The notes beneath the pieces were generated by a model. It searched no databases, was not told the origin of the DNA, and saw nothing but the letters and a program-made list of their open reading frames with translations. A program made the translations under genes and the position numbers. Source: Candidatus Multivoradales bacterium (lineage in GTDB: Bacteria; Acidobacteriota; Thermoanaerobaculia; Multivoradales; J023). Taken from it: DNA of 64,000 nucleotides. The stretch spans positions 1,760,001 through 1,824,000 of the forward strand of contig CBDFLE010000005.1 of assembly GCA_965248925.1 (NCBI GenBank), read 5' to 3'. This document shows positions 8,556 to 18,559 of the stretch, in pieces. How positions within the stretch are numbered: the first letter of the stretch is position 1; each line of letters begins with the position of its first letter.

Positions 8556-11474
8556 ATGATCGATCGGTCTGCGTCCGTCGAGAGCCTGCTCGCTCCTAGC
8601 GATACTTTTGCCCGCCGCCATCTGGGCTCGTCTAAGGCCGATATCGGACAGATGCTCGACGCTGTCGGCGCCGCTTCGATGGCGGAGCTGATCGACCAGA
8701 CCATTCCGGCGGCGATTCGCTGTCAGCAAGAGCTGCGGCTTGAGAGCCTCGACAACGATCAACCTCTCGGTGAGCACGCTCTGCTGCAACGGCTGCGGCG
8801 GATGGCTGGGCGCAACCGGCTGATGCGCTCTTACCTCGGCATGGGCTATGCCGACTGCCGGGTGCCGGCGGTGATTCAGCGCAATATCCTGGAGAATCCG
8901 AGCTGGTATACCCAATACACCCCTTATCAGTCGGAAATCTCTCAAGGCCGGCTGGAGGCGCTGCTGAATTTTCAAACGGTGATTTGCGACCTCACCGGCC
9001 TGCCGGTGGCCAATGCCTCGCTGCTCGATGAGGGCACCGCCGCTGCCGAGGCGATGAGCGTTTGCCACGCCGCCGCCCGGCGGCGACGGCCGGCCTTTTA
9101 TGCCGCTGAGAACTGCCACCGGCAAACCCTCGCGGTGCTGCGCACTCGGGCTGGCGGATTGGGTATCGACTTGCGGCTGGGACCAGCTGCCGAGGCGGAT
9201 TTCGCGGCCGGGGATCTCTGCGGTCTGCTGCTGCAATACCCAGCCACTGATGGCCGCATCTACGATTACCGGGCGCTGATCGCCAAAGCGCAGCAGGCCG
9301 GCGTGCGGGTGGTGATCGCGGCCGACCTGCTGGCTCTGGTGCTGCTGCGTTCACCGGCGGAGCTAGGGGCCGATATCTGTGTCGGCTCTAGCCAGCGCTT
9401 TGGCGTGCCGCTGGGCTTTGGCGGACCCCATGCCGCATTTTTCGCCATCACGGAGTCGCTGAAGCGACAGCTGCCGGGACGAATTATCGGCATTTCGAAG
9501 GATCGGCTGGGCCAACGGGCACTGCGCATGGCGCTGCAAACCCGCGAGCAGCATATTCGCCGGCAGAAGGCCACCAGCAATATCTGCACGGCGCAGGTCT
9601 TGTTGGCGATCATGGCCGGCATGTATGCGGTCTACCATGGCCCGCAGGGATTGCGGCGCATCGCTCGGCGAGTGCATGCCATGGCCGCCGCCCTAGCGGC
9701 GGGCCTGCGCCGGCTTGGCCTGGACCTGCCGCCGCAGCCGTTTTTCGACACCGTGCGGGTGGGGGTCGGCGAGGGACTCGCCGATCTGGTGCTGCAAAGG
9801 GCGCTCGAAGCCGGCATTAACCTGCGCCGGCTCGACGCCGACACGGTCGTGGTGGCTCTTGACGAGACCGTCGAGCTGGCCGATCTCGACGATGTCCTGG
9901 CAGCTTTCGCCGCCGCCGTCGGCCGGCCGGCCCTTGGCGCCGCTGAGCTCTTGGCGGCGGCTGATTTGGAACTCTGCGAGCCTCATCGCCGGACTTCGGA
10001 CTTCCTCACCCACGAGGTTTTCCAGCGTTACCACACCGAGCATGAATTGCTGCGCTACATCCACCGGCTGGCCAACCGGGATCTGTCGCTGACCACCTCG
10101 ATGATCAGCCTCGGCTCCTGCACTATGAAGCTCAATGGCACTTCCGAGATGTTGCCGGTGAGCTGGCCCGAGTGGAACAGCCTGCATCCGTTTGCGCCAG
10201 CCGAGCAAAGCGCTGGCTACGCTGAGCTGTTTCGTACTCTCGAAAGCTGGTTGGCGGAGATCACCGGCTTCGCCTCGGTGTCGCTGCAACCCAACGCCGG
10301 CTCGCAGGGGGAGTACAGCGGTTTGATGGTGATCCGCGCCTATCACGCCGCCGGTGGCGAGGAGCGGCGAGATGTCTGTCTGATTCCCGTTTCGGCCCAT
10401 GGCACCAACCCGGCATCGGCGGTGATGGCCGGGCTGCGAGTGGTGACTGTGGCCTGCGAGGAAGGGGGCGACATCGACCTCGAGGACCTGCGAACCAAGG
10501 CCGCCGAACTTGGCGACCGGCTGGCGGCACTGATGATCACCTACCCCTCGACCCACGGCGTGTTCGAGGAGAGTGTCGGCGAGGTCTGTGCCGTGGTGCA
10601 CGCCCATGGGGGGCAGGTCTATCTCGATGGCGCCAACATGAATGCCCAGGTCGGCCTCTGCCGACCCGGGGATTTCGGTGCCGATGTCTGTCATTTGAAT
10701 CTGCACAAGACTTTCTGCATTCCCCACGGCGGCGGCGGTCCCGGCATGGGGCCGATCTGCATGGCCGAGCACTTGGCTCCCTTCTCTCCCGGCCACCCAC
10801 TGATGAAGGTCGGCGGTGAGGCGGCGATGGGAGCGGTGGCGGCGGCGCCCTGGGGCAGCCCGTCGATCTTGCCGATTTCTTGGGTCTACATCGCGTTGAT
10901 GGGTACCTCCGGACTGCGCCGAGCCTCAGAGCTGGCGATCTTGAATGCCAACTACATGGCCCAGCGGCTGGCCGAGCACTTCCCGATCTTGTTCCGCGGC
11001 GCTCGCGGCCGGGTCGCCCACGAGTTCATTCTCGACTTACGGCCGTTCAAGAAAAGCGCCGGGGTCGAGGCCGAAGACGTGGCCAAACGGCTGATGGACT
11101 TCGGCTTCCACGCCCCGACCATGTCGTGGCCAGTGGCCGGTACGCTAATGATCGAGCCCACTGAAAGCGAATCGCGGGCCGAACTCGACCGCTTCTGCGA
11201 GGCCATGATCTTGATCCGCGGCGAGATAGAGGCGATTGAAGACGGTCGCCTCGACAGCAGCGATAATCCGCTGAAGAACGCGCCGCACACCGCCGCCGAA
11301 GTGACCGCAGAGGAGTGGCAGCACCCTTATGGTCGACAGCAAGCGGCCTTCCCCGCGCCGTGGGTACGGGAGGCCAAGTTCTGGCCCCATGTGGCGCGGG
11401 TTGATAACGCCTTTGGCGACCGTCATCTAGTGTGCTCCTGCCCGCCGATCGAGAGCTACCTGCCCCCGAGCTAG
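8556..11474 (+). CDS. gcvP: Glycine dehydrogenase (decarboxylating), glycine cleavage P protein
   Basis: [48 protein letters not shown] and [18 protein letters not shown] (PLP lysine). Confidence 0.97.
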   Translation: MIDRSASVESLLAPSDTFARRHLGSSKADIGQMLDAVGAASMAELIDQTIPAAIRCQQELRLESLDNDQPLGEHALLQRLRRMAGRNRLMRSYLGMGYADCRVPAVIQRNILENPSWYTQYTPYQSEISQGRLEALLNFQTVICDLTGLPVANASLLDEGTAAAEAMSVCHAAARRRRPAFYAAENCHRQTLAVLRTRAGGLGIDLRLGPAAEADFAAGDLCGLLLQYPATDGRIYDYRALIAKAQQAGVRVVIAADLLALVLLRSPAELGADICVGSSQRFGVPLGFGGPHAAFFAITESLKRQLPGRIIGISKDRLGQRALRMALQTREQHIRRQKATSNICTAQVLLAIMAGMYAVYHGPQGLRRIARRVHAMAAALAAGLRRLGLDLPPQPFFDTVRVGVGEGLADLVLQRALEAGINLRRLDADTVVVALDETVELADLDDVLAAFAAAVGRPALGAAELLAAADLELCEPHRRTSDFLTHEVFQRYHTEHELLRYIHRLANRDLSLTTSMISLGSCTMKLNGTSEMLPVSWPEWNSLHPFAPAEQSAGYAELFRTLESWLAEITGFASVSLQPNAGSQGEYSGLMVIRAYHAAGGEERRDVCLIPVSAHGTNPASAVMAGLRVVTVACEEGGDIDLEDLRTKAAELGDRLAALMITYPSTHGVFEESVGEVCAVVHAHGGQVYLDGANMNAQVGLCRPGDFGADVCHLNLHKTFCIPHGGGGPGMGPICMAEHLAPFSPGHPLMKVGGEAAMGAVAAAPWGSPSILPISWVYIALMGTSGLRRASELAILNANYMAQRLAEHFPILFRGARGRVAHEFILDLRPFKKSAGVEAEDVAKRLMDFGFHAPTMSWPVAGTLMIEPTESESRAELDRFCEAMILIRGEIEAIEDGRLDSSDNPLKNAPHTAAEVTAEEWQHPYGRQQAAFPAPWVREAKFWPHVARVDNAFGDRHLVCSCPPIESYLPPS

Positions 11475-11976
11475 CTGGGCTGAGGACCCCTTGGCCGCTG
11501 GCCAGCGATGAACGGGCGGAGAGCCGCCAGGGCAGCCATCAAGACCGTTCGGCAGACTCCCTGTCAGAAATCGGGCGCTGATCGCGAATCCCCGTAGGAA
11601 GCCAACCATCCGACCTCAGTAGCGCACCATGGCCCGATCGGGTAGCTCGGACTGTCGGAAACCACGGGGATCGTCATCTATGACCTGGGTCCTGACTGAG
11701 AACTCGCCTGGCGGACGAACTCTAGCGCTCGCCGATTCCGCCGCCACCACGGCTGAAGAGCCCAAGCTGTCTGCCCAAACCGGAGTACCATCCCATAGAA
11801 TCGTGCCCGACGCCTCTTCTCGGGTCGAGGTGAATGGGGACCGGCGCCAACTAACTGCCCGCAGCGTGCGCCCTGTCGCAGCCGCCAAGTCGGCCGCGAA
11901 CCGGGGATCCCCACGCCGTCACCAGGAGCGATTTCAGACCATCGGCGAAGTAGCGCGTCAGAGCTTGGGGAATTGG

Positions 11977-12588
11977 ATGGTCGAGGAACTCACACCCACC
12001 CTGGTCAACGGCGCGGTCGCAGGCGACCCGAAGGCACTCAGCCGCCTGATCGATCTGCTGACCCCCCTGGTGCAAGTGCGCGTTGCCCGCATTCTGCTGC
12101 GCCGGTCGGCGGGCAATGCGCAACACGACATCCGCCAGGATGTCGAGGACTTTGTCCAAGAGGTCTTCATCCAGCTTTTTGCTGACGGCGCCAAAGTGCT
12201 GCGCAGCTGGCAAACCGACCGCGGTTTGTCGCTGGCTAACTTCGTCGGTCTGGTCGCTGAGCGGCGGGTGATCTCAATCCTCCGCAGCGGCCGGCGCAAC
12301 CCCTGGCGAGAAGAGCCGACAGCGCCGGAGGAACTCGACGTGATTCGTCAAGACGGGCCTGAGAACCAAGTAGCCAACCGCGACCTGCTACGCCAGCTGC
12401 TCGGCCGCTTGCAGCAGAAGCTCAGCCCGCTTGGCTGGAGGCTGTTCCACTCGATTTTCGTCGAGGAGAAAACAGTGACGGAAATCGTCGCCGCGGAATC
12501 GATGACCGCGGATGCGGTCTACGCTTGGCGCAGCCGTCTGCGCCGGCAAGCACAGAAGATTCTCCGGTCCTTGGAGTCAGAGAGTTGA
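11977..12588 (+). CDS. ECF-family RNA polymerase sigma factor
   Basis: GDPKALSRLI, DVEDFVQEVF (sigma2) and C-terminal sigma4 HTH TVTEIV...ADAVYAWRSRLR. Confidence 0.85.
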   Translation: MVEELTPTLVNGAVAGDPKALSRLIDLLTPLVQVRVARILLRRSAGNAQHDIRQDVEDFVQEVFIQLFADGAKVLRSWQTDRGLSLANFVGLVAERRVISILRSGRRNPWREEPTAPEELDVIRQDGPENQVANRDLLRQLLGRLQQKLSPLGWRLFHSIFVEEKTVTEIVAAESMTADAVYAWRSRLRRQAQKILRSLESES

Positions 12589-12627
12589 CCTTTGTTGCGA
12601 ATACCCCTCTAGAGGAGGGTAAGCAAA

Positions 12628-13413
12628 ATGACCAACGATGAAATAATGCAATCTCTGGCTCGGCTGGCGCAGGACGACGAGCGCTGGCTACGACTCAGTG
12701 ATGGCAGCCTGCCGGCGGCAGAGCGAGAGCGCTTGGCCAGCCGAGCAGCCAAGGACCCCGAACTCGGGCGGGCTTACGAAGCCTATCGGCCCTTGTCCGA
12801 CGAGATCCGCGGCCGGATAGTAGAGCGTGCTCGGTTGAGTATCGGCCATCGCAAGGCATCCGCGACGACCAGCGCGGCAGAGGAGGAGGGCCAAGCTCCT
12901 CAGAGTCGCTGGTTCCGCCAGCAGCGCTGGGCCCTGCCGGCGATCGGTGCCTTGGCCGCTACCTTGCTGCTGGTGTTGTGGCCACGGGCGACGCTAGCGC
13001 CGCTGCCCGGATTTGCGTTGGAGCACTCGGGAGGTATCAGCGTCGAACGATCCATCGTGGTGACCGCCAGCACCTACCATCCGGATAGCGAGATCAAGTT
13101 GCTGCTGCGCCCCGAGACCGCGATCGAAGGCGAACTCGAAGCAGCTTTGTTCGCCGATCTCGGCGGCGGTCTTGAGCGCCTTGCGATCGAGCCGACGCGG
13201 ATCTCGGAGGCCGGTAACGTGTTGTTCGCGGCCGATCGCTTTGCCGACCTGTTTCCTGGCGTCGCCAGCGGTAGTGTCGAGGTTTGGCTGGTAGCCGGCC
13301 GCACCGGCAGCCTACCGGATGCCGCCACCCTGGCCGCCCTCGATACGACCACCGCCAGCGGCGCAGATTGGTCAGCACAATCTGCAAGATTGCCCTTCGC
13401 TGAGGTACCATGA
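12628..13413 (+). CDS. Putative single-pass anti-sigma-like membrane protein
   Basis: AGGAGG RBS; helical N-terminus, TM segment WALPAIGALAATLLLVLWP, beta-rich C-terminal domain; directly follows the ECF sigma gene. Confidence 0.65.
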   Translation: MTNDEIMQSLARLAQDDERWLRLSDGSLPAAERERLASRAAKDPELGRAYEAYRPLSDEIRGRIVERARLSIGHRKASATTSAAEEEGQAPQSRWFRQQRWALPAIGALAATLLLVLWPRATLAPLPGFALEHSGGISVERSIVVTASTYHPDSEIKLLLRPETAIEGELEAALFADLGGGLERLAIEPTRISEAGNVLFAADRFADLFPGVASGSVEVWLVAGRTGSLPDAATLAALDTTTASGADWSAQSARLPFAEVP

Positions 13414-13420
13414 TGGCCGG

Positions 13421-16204
13421 TTGAACAATCAAAGCCGCAGAATAGGCCTTTTAGCCAACGCTGGCATACCAGTGCTGGCCCTGGTATGCGCAGCTTGTCA
13501 GATGTCCCCCCCGCCGGCAGAGTCCACTCTCTCCACGAGCACCCCGCGAGTCGAATACAACGGCTGCTTCACCACCATCGGCGACGCTTGCGCCCCGTAC
13601 GACCCGTTTCAAAAAGCTAGTCAGCTCAGACTGTGGATCTGGCCCGCGGACACCGTGGTCGAGGTGCGAGATGACCGCCTCGAGTGGCCGGCAGACGAGA
13701 CCGACTCTGCGCCCATCCAAGGCGGCAGGCTGTACATTATCGAGCTGCCGCGCGGCACCTATGAGTTGGTTCTGGGCTTACGGCTTGGCGGACTGGAGGT
13801 CGACTGGCGGCTGGAGATTATCGAGCTGCCGAATTCGACCTTGTTGGACGACATTCTGGCCAACAAGCCAGAGATTCTCGCCCGGGCTGGGGCGGCCGTC
13901 GACCAAGACTTGCCCGCAGCCCATCTCGGTTTCGCCCATTGGGTCTTGGCGAATCTGCTCAAGACCGCCAACAAAGAAGCGAGCTACACCCATCTCGAGC
14001 GAGCCATCGAGTACCACGGCGCCGCTGGGTATCACCTCGACCAACTGGCCAGTGCCGCCAACCTATCTTGGCAGTTGCTTTACGACGGCTCCCCCGAACG
14101 CGCCCGCGAGGTCATCGAAGCGATCCCCCAGCGGGCGCGAGAGCCGGGGCTGGCCAGCTACCGCCGGGCCTACCAACGAGGACTGGTAGCCGCCCGCACC
14201 GGCGATGCCCGCAACGCCCTGCGACTCCTGGGCAACGCGGTGCGCCAAGCCGAGCGCCTCGGTTTCCGCGATAAGCGCCGGCAAGCTCTACAAGTTCTGG
14301 CCAACCAACTGCTGCTGCTTGGACGGGGCAGCGAAGCGCTACGCATTTTTGCCGACCTGGAGCAAGACTTCGCCGGACTGGGACCTTGCACCCAGGCCCG
14401 CATACTCGACAATCAAGCCTGGCACATGCTGCTAGAGTTCGAGAGCAGACGCTTGGCCGAGGATCCACTGCCCAAACTGCTTGAGGCCCGCCACCTACTG
14501 GCCAATTGTCGCGCCAGCAAGAGGAATCGGGCCGAGCAAGAAAGAGAAATCGAGCAGCAAACGGTCAACCAGGCCACCAATCTGGCCCTCGCCTACCTGC
14601 ACGCCAACCAGCTCGACAAGGCTGCTGATGAACTCCAGGAGGCGCGCCGCATCCGCCAGCGGGCACAGCTCTGGCAGGTCTTTTGGTGGCAGGACATCGA
14701 GGCCCGGATCGCGCTGGCCCAGCAGCAGCCGCAGAGAGCACTGACTCTCTACGAGCAACTCGAAGCCTCCGCCAGCAGCGGCTACATGCCCGACGTTCAC
14801 ATCCGCGCGGCATTGGGCAAGGCGAGGGCACGCAAGGCGCTCGGCGACGCTGAAGAGGCCTTACGAATCCTCGGCGACAACGAGATCCTGCTGGAAGAGG
14901 CAGCGCTGCAAGTACCGATCGACATCGATCGTGCTAGATTCTTCGCCCGCCGCGAAACCAGCACCCGCCTGTATTTGCAGCTATTGATCGACGCCGGCAA
15001 GAAAGAGCAAGCTCTCAGCGTCGCCCGGTTGGCGCGTTCACGAGTCCTGAGAAGTCTGCTCCGCGACGTTCACCTGGCTCGACTGACAGCACCAGATCGC
15101 CGCCGTTGGCAAGTTAAAATCGATCAGTACACCGCCTTGCGCAGCCAGCTGGACCACGAGCAAGCAGACGATTGGCAGCTCGCCAAGGACCAACTGAGCC
15201 AAGTCAGAGCTAAGCGCTTGGGCCATCGGCAGAGCTTGAAGCACCTGCTGGACGAGGCCTATGCCATGCTCTCAGAAGCACGCTCGAGCGCAGCTGAATG
15301 GGGCCGCCTGGAGAGCCTTCCCAAACTCGAGACCGGCGAAGTCCGGTTGCTCTACCACCCCCTACCCGAGGGTTGGGTGGCATTCGTCGAGAGCGCGGCC
15401 GGGATCCACTTCGAGATTCTCGATCAAATCGATACCGCCGCTGATCCCGAGATCTTGGCGGCGGTTCTGTTGCAGCCCTTCGCCCGGGAGATCGCCGCCG
15501 CCAGTGCTCTGCGGGTACTTCCCTACGGTGCGATTCGTGCTGTCGATTTCCATGCCTTGCCCTTCGGTGACGCTCCCCTGCTAGCCACCCGAACCGTGGT
15601 CTACGGTCTCGACCTGCCCCCCGCGCCACGGTCGACGGCCGCTGACAAGCCGGTGGCACTGGTGGTTGCCGATCCCACCGGCGACTTACCCCACTCGCGC
15701 CAGGAAGCACGAGCCATGCACTTCGCGCTAAGCAAGAAACAGCCTTCGCAGCTGCTCGAGGGCAGCTCTGCCGATGGTGATGCGGTGCGCCAAGGGCTAG
15801 CCCATAGTGATTTCTTTTACTATGCCGGTCATGGAGTGTGGGCTAGCTGGGAAAGTGCGCTGCCGCTGCACCACGGCTCGCGCCTTGATGTCGGCGACGT
15901 CCTAGCACTGCCACGGGTGCCCCGCCAGGTGATCTTGTCGGCCTGCGAGGCCGCTCGCTCACCGATCGGTGCGGCGGAGAGCGTTGCCGGCATTGCCCAA
16001 GCTCTGCTCACCGCCGGCTCCCAACAGGTAGTCGCCGCCACTCGGCCAGTGAACGACCAAGTCGCCGCCAAGTTGATGGCGATCCTACAACGGCAGTGGC
16101 TTGCCTCTGGCGACTTGGCAGAAGCTCTGCGCCGAGCACAGCTGCAAACTCGCCAGGAGAATCCCCAAGCCGACTGGGCCAGTTTTCGCCTGCTCGAGCG
16201 CTAG
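13421..16204 (+). CDS. TPR-CHAT (caspase-like) protease, putative lipoprotein
   Basis: Catalytic dyad motifs FYYAGHG and VILSACE; ALVVADPTGDLP; long TPR region; N-terminal signal with lipobox-like LALVCAAC. TTG start at 13421 is inferred. Confidence 0.85.
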   Translation: MNNQSRRIGLLANAGIPVLALVCAACQMSPPPAESTLSTSTPRVEYNGCFTTIGDACAPYDPFQKASQLRLWIWPADTVVEVRDDRLEWPADETDSAPIQGGRLYIIELPRGTYELVLGLRLGGLEVDWRLEIIELPNSTLLDDILANKPEILARAGAAVDQDLPAAHLGFAHWVLANLLKTANKEASYTHLERAIEYHGAAGYHLDQLASAANLSWQLLYDGSPERAREVIEAIPQRAREPGLASYRRAYQRGLVAARTGDARNALRLLGNAVRQAERLGFRDKRRQALQVLANQLLLLGRGSEALRIFADLEQDFAGLGPCTQARILDNQAWHMLLEFESRRLAEDPLPKLLEARHLLANCRASKRNRAEQEREIEQQTVNQATNLALAYLHANQLDKAADELQEARRIRQRAQLWQVFWWQDIEARIALAQQQPQRALTLYEQLEASASSGYMPDVHIRAALGKARARKALGDAEEALRILGDNEILLEEAALQVPIDIDRARFFARRETSTRLYLQLLIDAGKKEQALSVARLARSRVLRSLLRDVHLARLTAPDRRRWQVKIDQYTALRSQLDHEQADDWQLAKDQLSQVRAKRLGHRQSLKHLLDEAYAMLSEARSSAAEWGRLESLPKLETGEVRLLYHPLPEGWVAFVESAAGIHFEILDQIDTAADPEILAAVLLQPFAREIAAASALRVLPYGAIRAVDFHALPFGDAPLLATRTVVYGLDLPPAPRSTAADKPVALVVADPTGDLPHSRQEARAMHFALSKKQPSQLLEGSSADGDAVRQGLAHSDFFYYAGHGVWASWESALPLHHGSRLDVGDVLALPRVPRQVILSACEAARSPIGAAESVAGIAQALLTAGSQQVVAATRPVNDQVAAKLMAILQRQWLASGDLAEALRRAQLQTRQENPQADWASFRLLER

Positions 16205-16343
16205 CCGCGCCGATGTCAGACATCCGGGAGATGGTGCGAATACCAGCTTGAAGCACAACTTCCCGCATCCCACACGGTCGGTACCGCAATTGGTGCTGCG
16301 GGGAGCGGGCTTGGAGTCCGGCTTCATCTTTGGAGGCTATCGA

Positions 16344-18491
16344 ATGATTGTCAAAGGGCGAAACGTAAGTACCTGTCTGACCGCACTACTCATACTGGTC
16401 CCCATAGCCAGTGCCAAACTCTCCCGCTTACCGAGCGACAACAAAACCAGCGCCCTGACTCGCTGGCAGTGGATCGGGCTCAAGTCCAACAACACCCCCT
16501 GGTGTCCGTTACCCGCCGGCGGCAGGTGGCAGGTTTCGCAGCTGTTCACTGGCATGGCCGAGGCGGCGCCGCCTCCCGGTCTACAGCATTTCTGCAAGTA
16601 CAAATATGCCGAGACCGGCGCGGTAACCGCGACAGCCCAGGCCAGCCTGCTCGCTCTGGTCGGCAATGGCCTGGACCGCATCGACAGCGATGCGATGGCG
16701 GTGAGCAGCTCTGGCAAGACGGCGACCCAGGTAAAAGATGCGATGTGGCTCAAGATGGCCAATCACTTCGCCGAACAGACCGAGATGATCACGGTGGAAG
16801 GATCCCACTACCCACGCGCTCGCCTGGCGATACTCGACACCGCCCCCACCGGAGTGGGCTTCCCGCTCCAGGTCACCGGCAATTCACCGCATGGCTACAC
16901 CTTGCTACACATGGCCAAGGATCTGCTGTGTCCTAACGCCATATGCCTGGCTCAGCTCACTAGCCGCCTTACCATGCCTTACGTCACTTTCCACCCAAGC
17001 GATCCCTCGCAGTCGGAAATTGACCTCGAACACGGTGGGCTGGTCGGTACGCTGAGCGACCTTGCCCAAGCCATCCAAGCAGAGATGCAACAGGCGATCT
17101 ACAACCCAGGCGATACCACGATTTGGCGCGAGCCCTTCATTTTGGACTCCCCCGGCAAGCAACAAGCCAGGGTGGTGCTCAACTTGTCGCTAGGTTGGGA
17201 TCCGGTTTTCGGCGGCGCGGAAGCGGACCCGAGTCAGATGCCCGCCAATGTGCAGGCAGTGTACGCCGCTCTCCAAGATGCGGTATGCCGCGGCGCTCTG
17301 GTGTTCGCCGCCGCCGGCAACTACCGCGAGGGCCCAGGAGCCAATAGCGATAGCAATATCGGCCCGCTTTTGCCAGCCGCTTGGGAGCAGCGCGCGGCCC
17401 CCACGGCCCTTCAATGTCAAAAAGTCCTCGAGCAAGGCGATGACGAGGACGACCATGGGGGCGGCGCCAACTCCACTTTCGGCCGCAAGAATTCTCTTTT
17501 CATACCCACCACCTACACCCCCCTAGTCCATTCCGTGGGCGGCCTACGCAGCAATGGTCTGGCGCTCGCCAACGCCCGCCAGCAAGGCGCTCCTCGGCTC
17601 GCCGCCTATGCCGATCACGCAGTGGTCGAAAGCCACCTCGAAGGGACGCCGACGGCCATGCTCACCGGTTCTTCCGTAGCCAGCCTGGTGGCCGCCGCCA
17701 CCGCCACCGCCGCTTGGTCACTCGATGCGGAGAACAACAGCCATGAGATAGCGCAGCGGCTCTATGACACCGGTTCCAATCTGCAGAGAGACGCCGACTA
17801 CTGTTTCGGCAACACCTGCCTAGAAGTCCACCGCCTGGCTTTCTGCCCAGTCTTGGAAAGCACCTGTAGCATTCTTGGCAGCTGTCCAGTGCTGATTGCT
17901 GCGTGTAGTCGTTGGCAGCCTGACTCCCCGCTCTTGAATCGCGATGCCATGATCCAGGCCTCGAGCAACCGCCAGTTCGTCGACGCCAGCGAACTCACTC
18001 TGCTCGACACGACGGAGAGTGCCGCCTGCGGCAGCGAGGAGCGCTACGCTGAGTCGCAGCCACAGGATCTATGCCCGGAGCGCCAGTACCTTGGCATCAG
18101 CGCCCAGGCTTGGTTGGCCCCGCAGCCAGCCTCCGACCCCTGTGAGACCTGCACGCTGTTTCCCAACAGCTGCTGCTACGGACCCGAGACCCTGACCGGC
18201 TCCGAGTTCGAAGCTGGAGCTAGAGAGAAGAACGGCCCCAACTACGCCACCTTATTAATCGACATCGACCCCGATTTCGAAGGCGTGCTCACCGGCGCCA
18301 CCCTGACCGTTTGTGAGCAGGCTTACAGCTTCCCTTTGGCGGCGCTGAAAAAGAAAGAATCGGCACTGATCGACAACATACAGATCGGCACTTGCGGCTC
18401 GGCACTACTGAGTTTCAGAGTCGACGGACTGGACATCGAAGAAGCCTCGACCACCAGCGCACCGCTGATCGCCGGCACCTCGATTTTCTAG
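16344..18491 (+). CDS. Secreted S8 subtilase-like protease with Cys-rich C-terminus
   Basis: GGAGG RBS; signal peptide; LAILDTA (Asp), SPHGYT (His), VLNLSLG, FAAAGN (oxyanion Asn), GSSVAS (Ser). Confidence 0.75.
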   Translation: MIVKGRNVSTCLTALLILVPIASAKLSRLPSDNKTSALTRWQWIGLKSNNTPWCPLPAGGRWQVSQLFTGMAEAAPPPGLQHFCKYKYAETGAVTATAQASLLALVGNGLDRIDSDAMAVSSSGKTATQVKDAMWLKMANHFAEQTEMITVEGSHYPRARLAILDTAPTGVGFPLQVTGNSPHGYTLLHMAKDLLCPNAICLAQLTSRLTMPYVTFHPSDPSQSEIDLEHGGLVGTLSDLAQAIQAEMQQAIYNPGDTTIWREPFILDSPGKQQARVVLNLSLGWDPVFGGAEADPSQMPANVQAVYAALQDAVCRGALVFAAAGNYREGPGANSDSNIGPLLPAAWEQRAAPTALQCQKVLEQGDDEDDHGGGANSTFGRKNSLFIPTTYTPLVHSVGGLRSNGLALANARQQGAPRLAAYADHAVVESHLEGTPTAMLTGSSVASLVAAATATAAWSLDAENNSHEIAQRLYDTGSNLQRDADYCFGNTCLEVHRLAFCPVLESTCSILGSCPVLIAACSRWQPDSPLLNRDAMIQASSNRQFVDASELTLLDTTESAACGSEERYAESQPQDLCPERQYLGISAQAWLAPQPASDPCETCTLFPNSCCYGPETLTGSEFEAGAREKNGPNYATLLIDIDPDFEGVLTGATLTVCEQAYSFPLAALKKKESALIDNIQIGTCGSALLSFRVDGLDIEEASTTSAPLIAGTSIF

Positions 18492-18559
18492 CGATCTGCT
18501 GACTCGGCAGACAGGGCAGGCAGCTCCCTGGTCGGAGCTTTGGCCCTACTCCACCGAGT

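Noticed and set aside
11629-11976. N-terminal extension of the ECF sigma in the ORF track
   Set aside because: Low-complexity, non-conserved-looking sequence; sigma homology begins at ATG 11977.
11977-16204. Type III-E CRISPR (Craspase) locus
   Set aside because: TPR-CHAT and sigma are present, but there is no Cas7-11 and no array.
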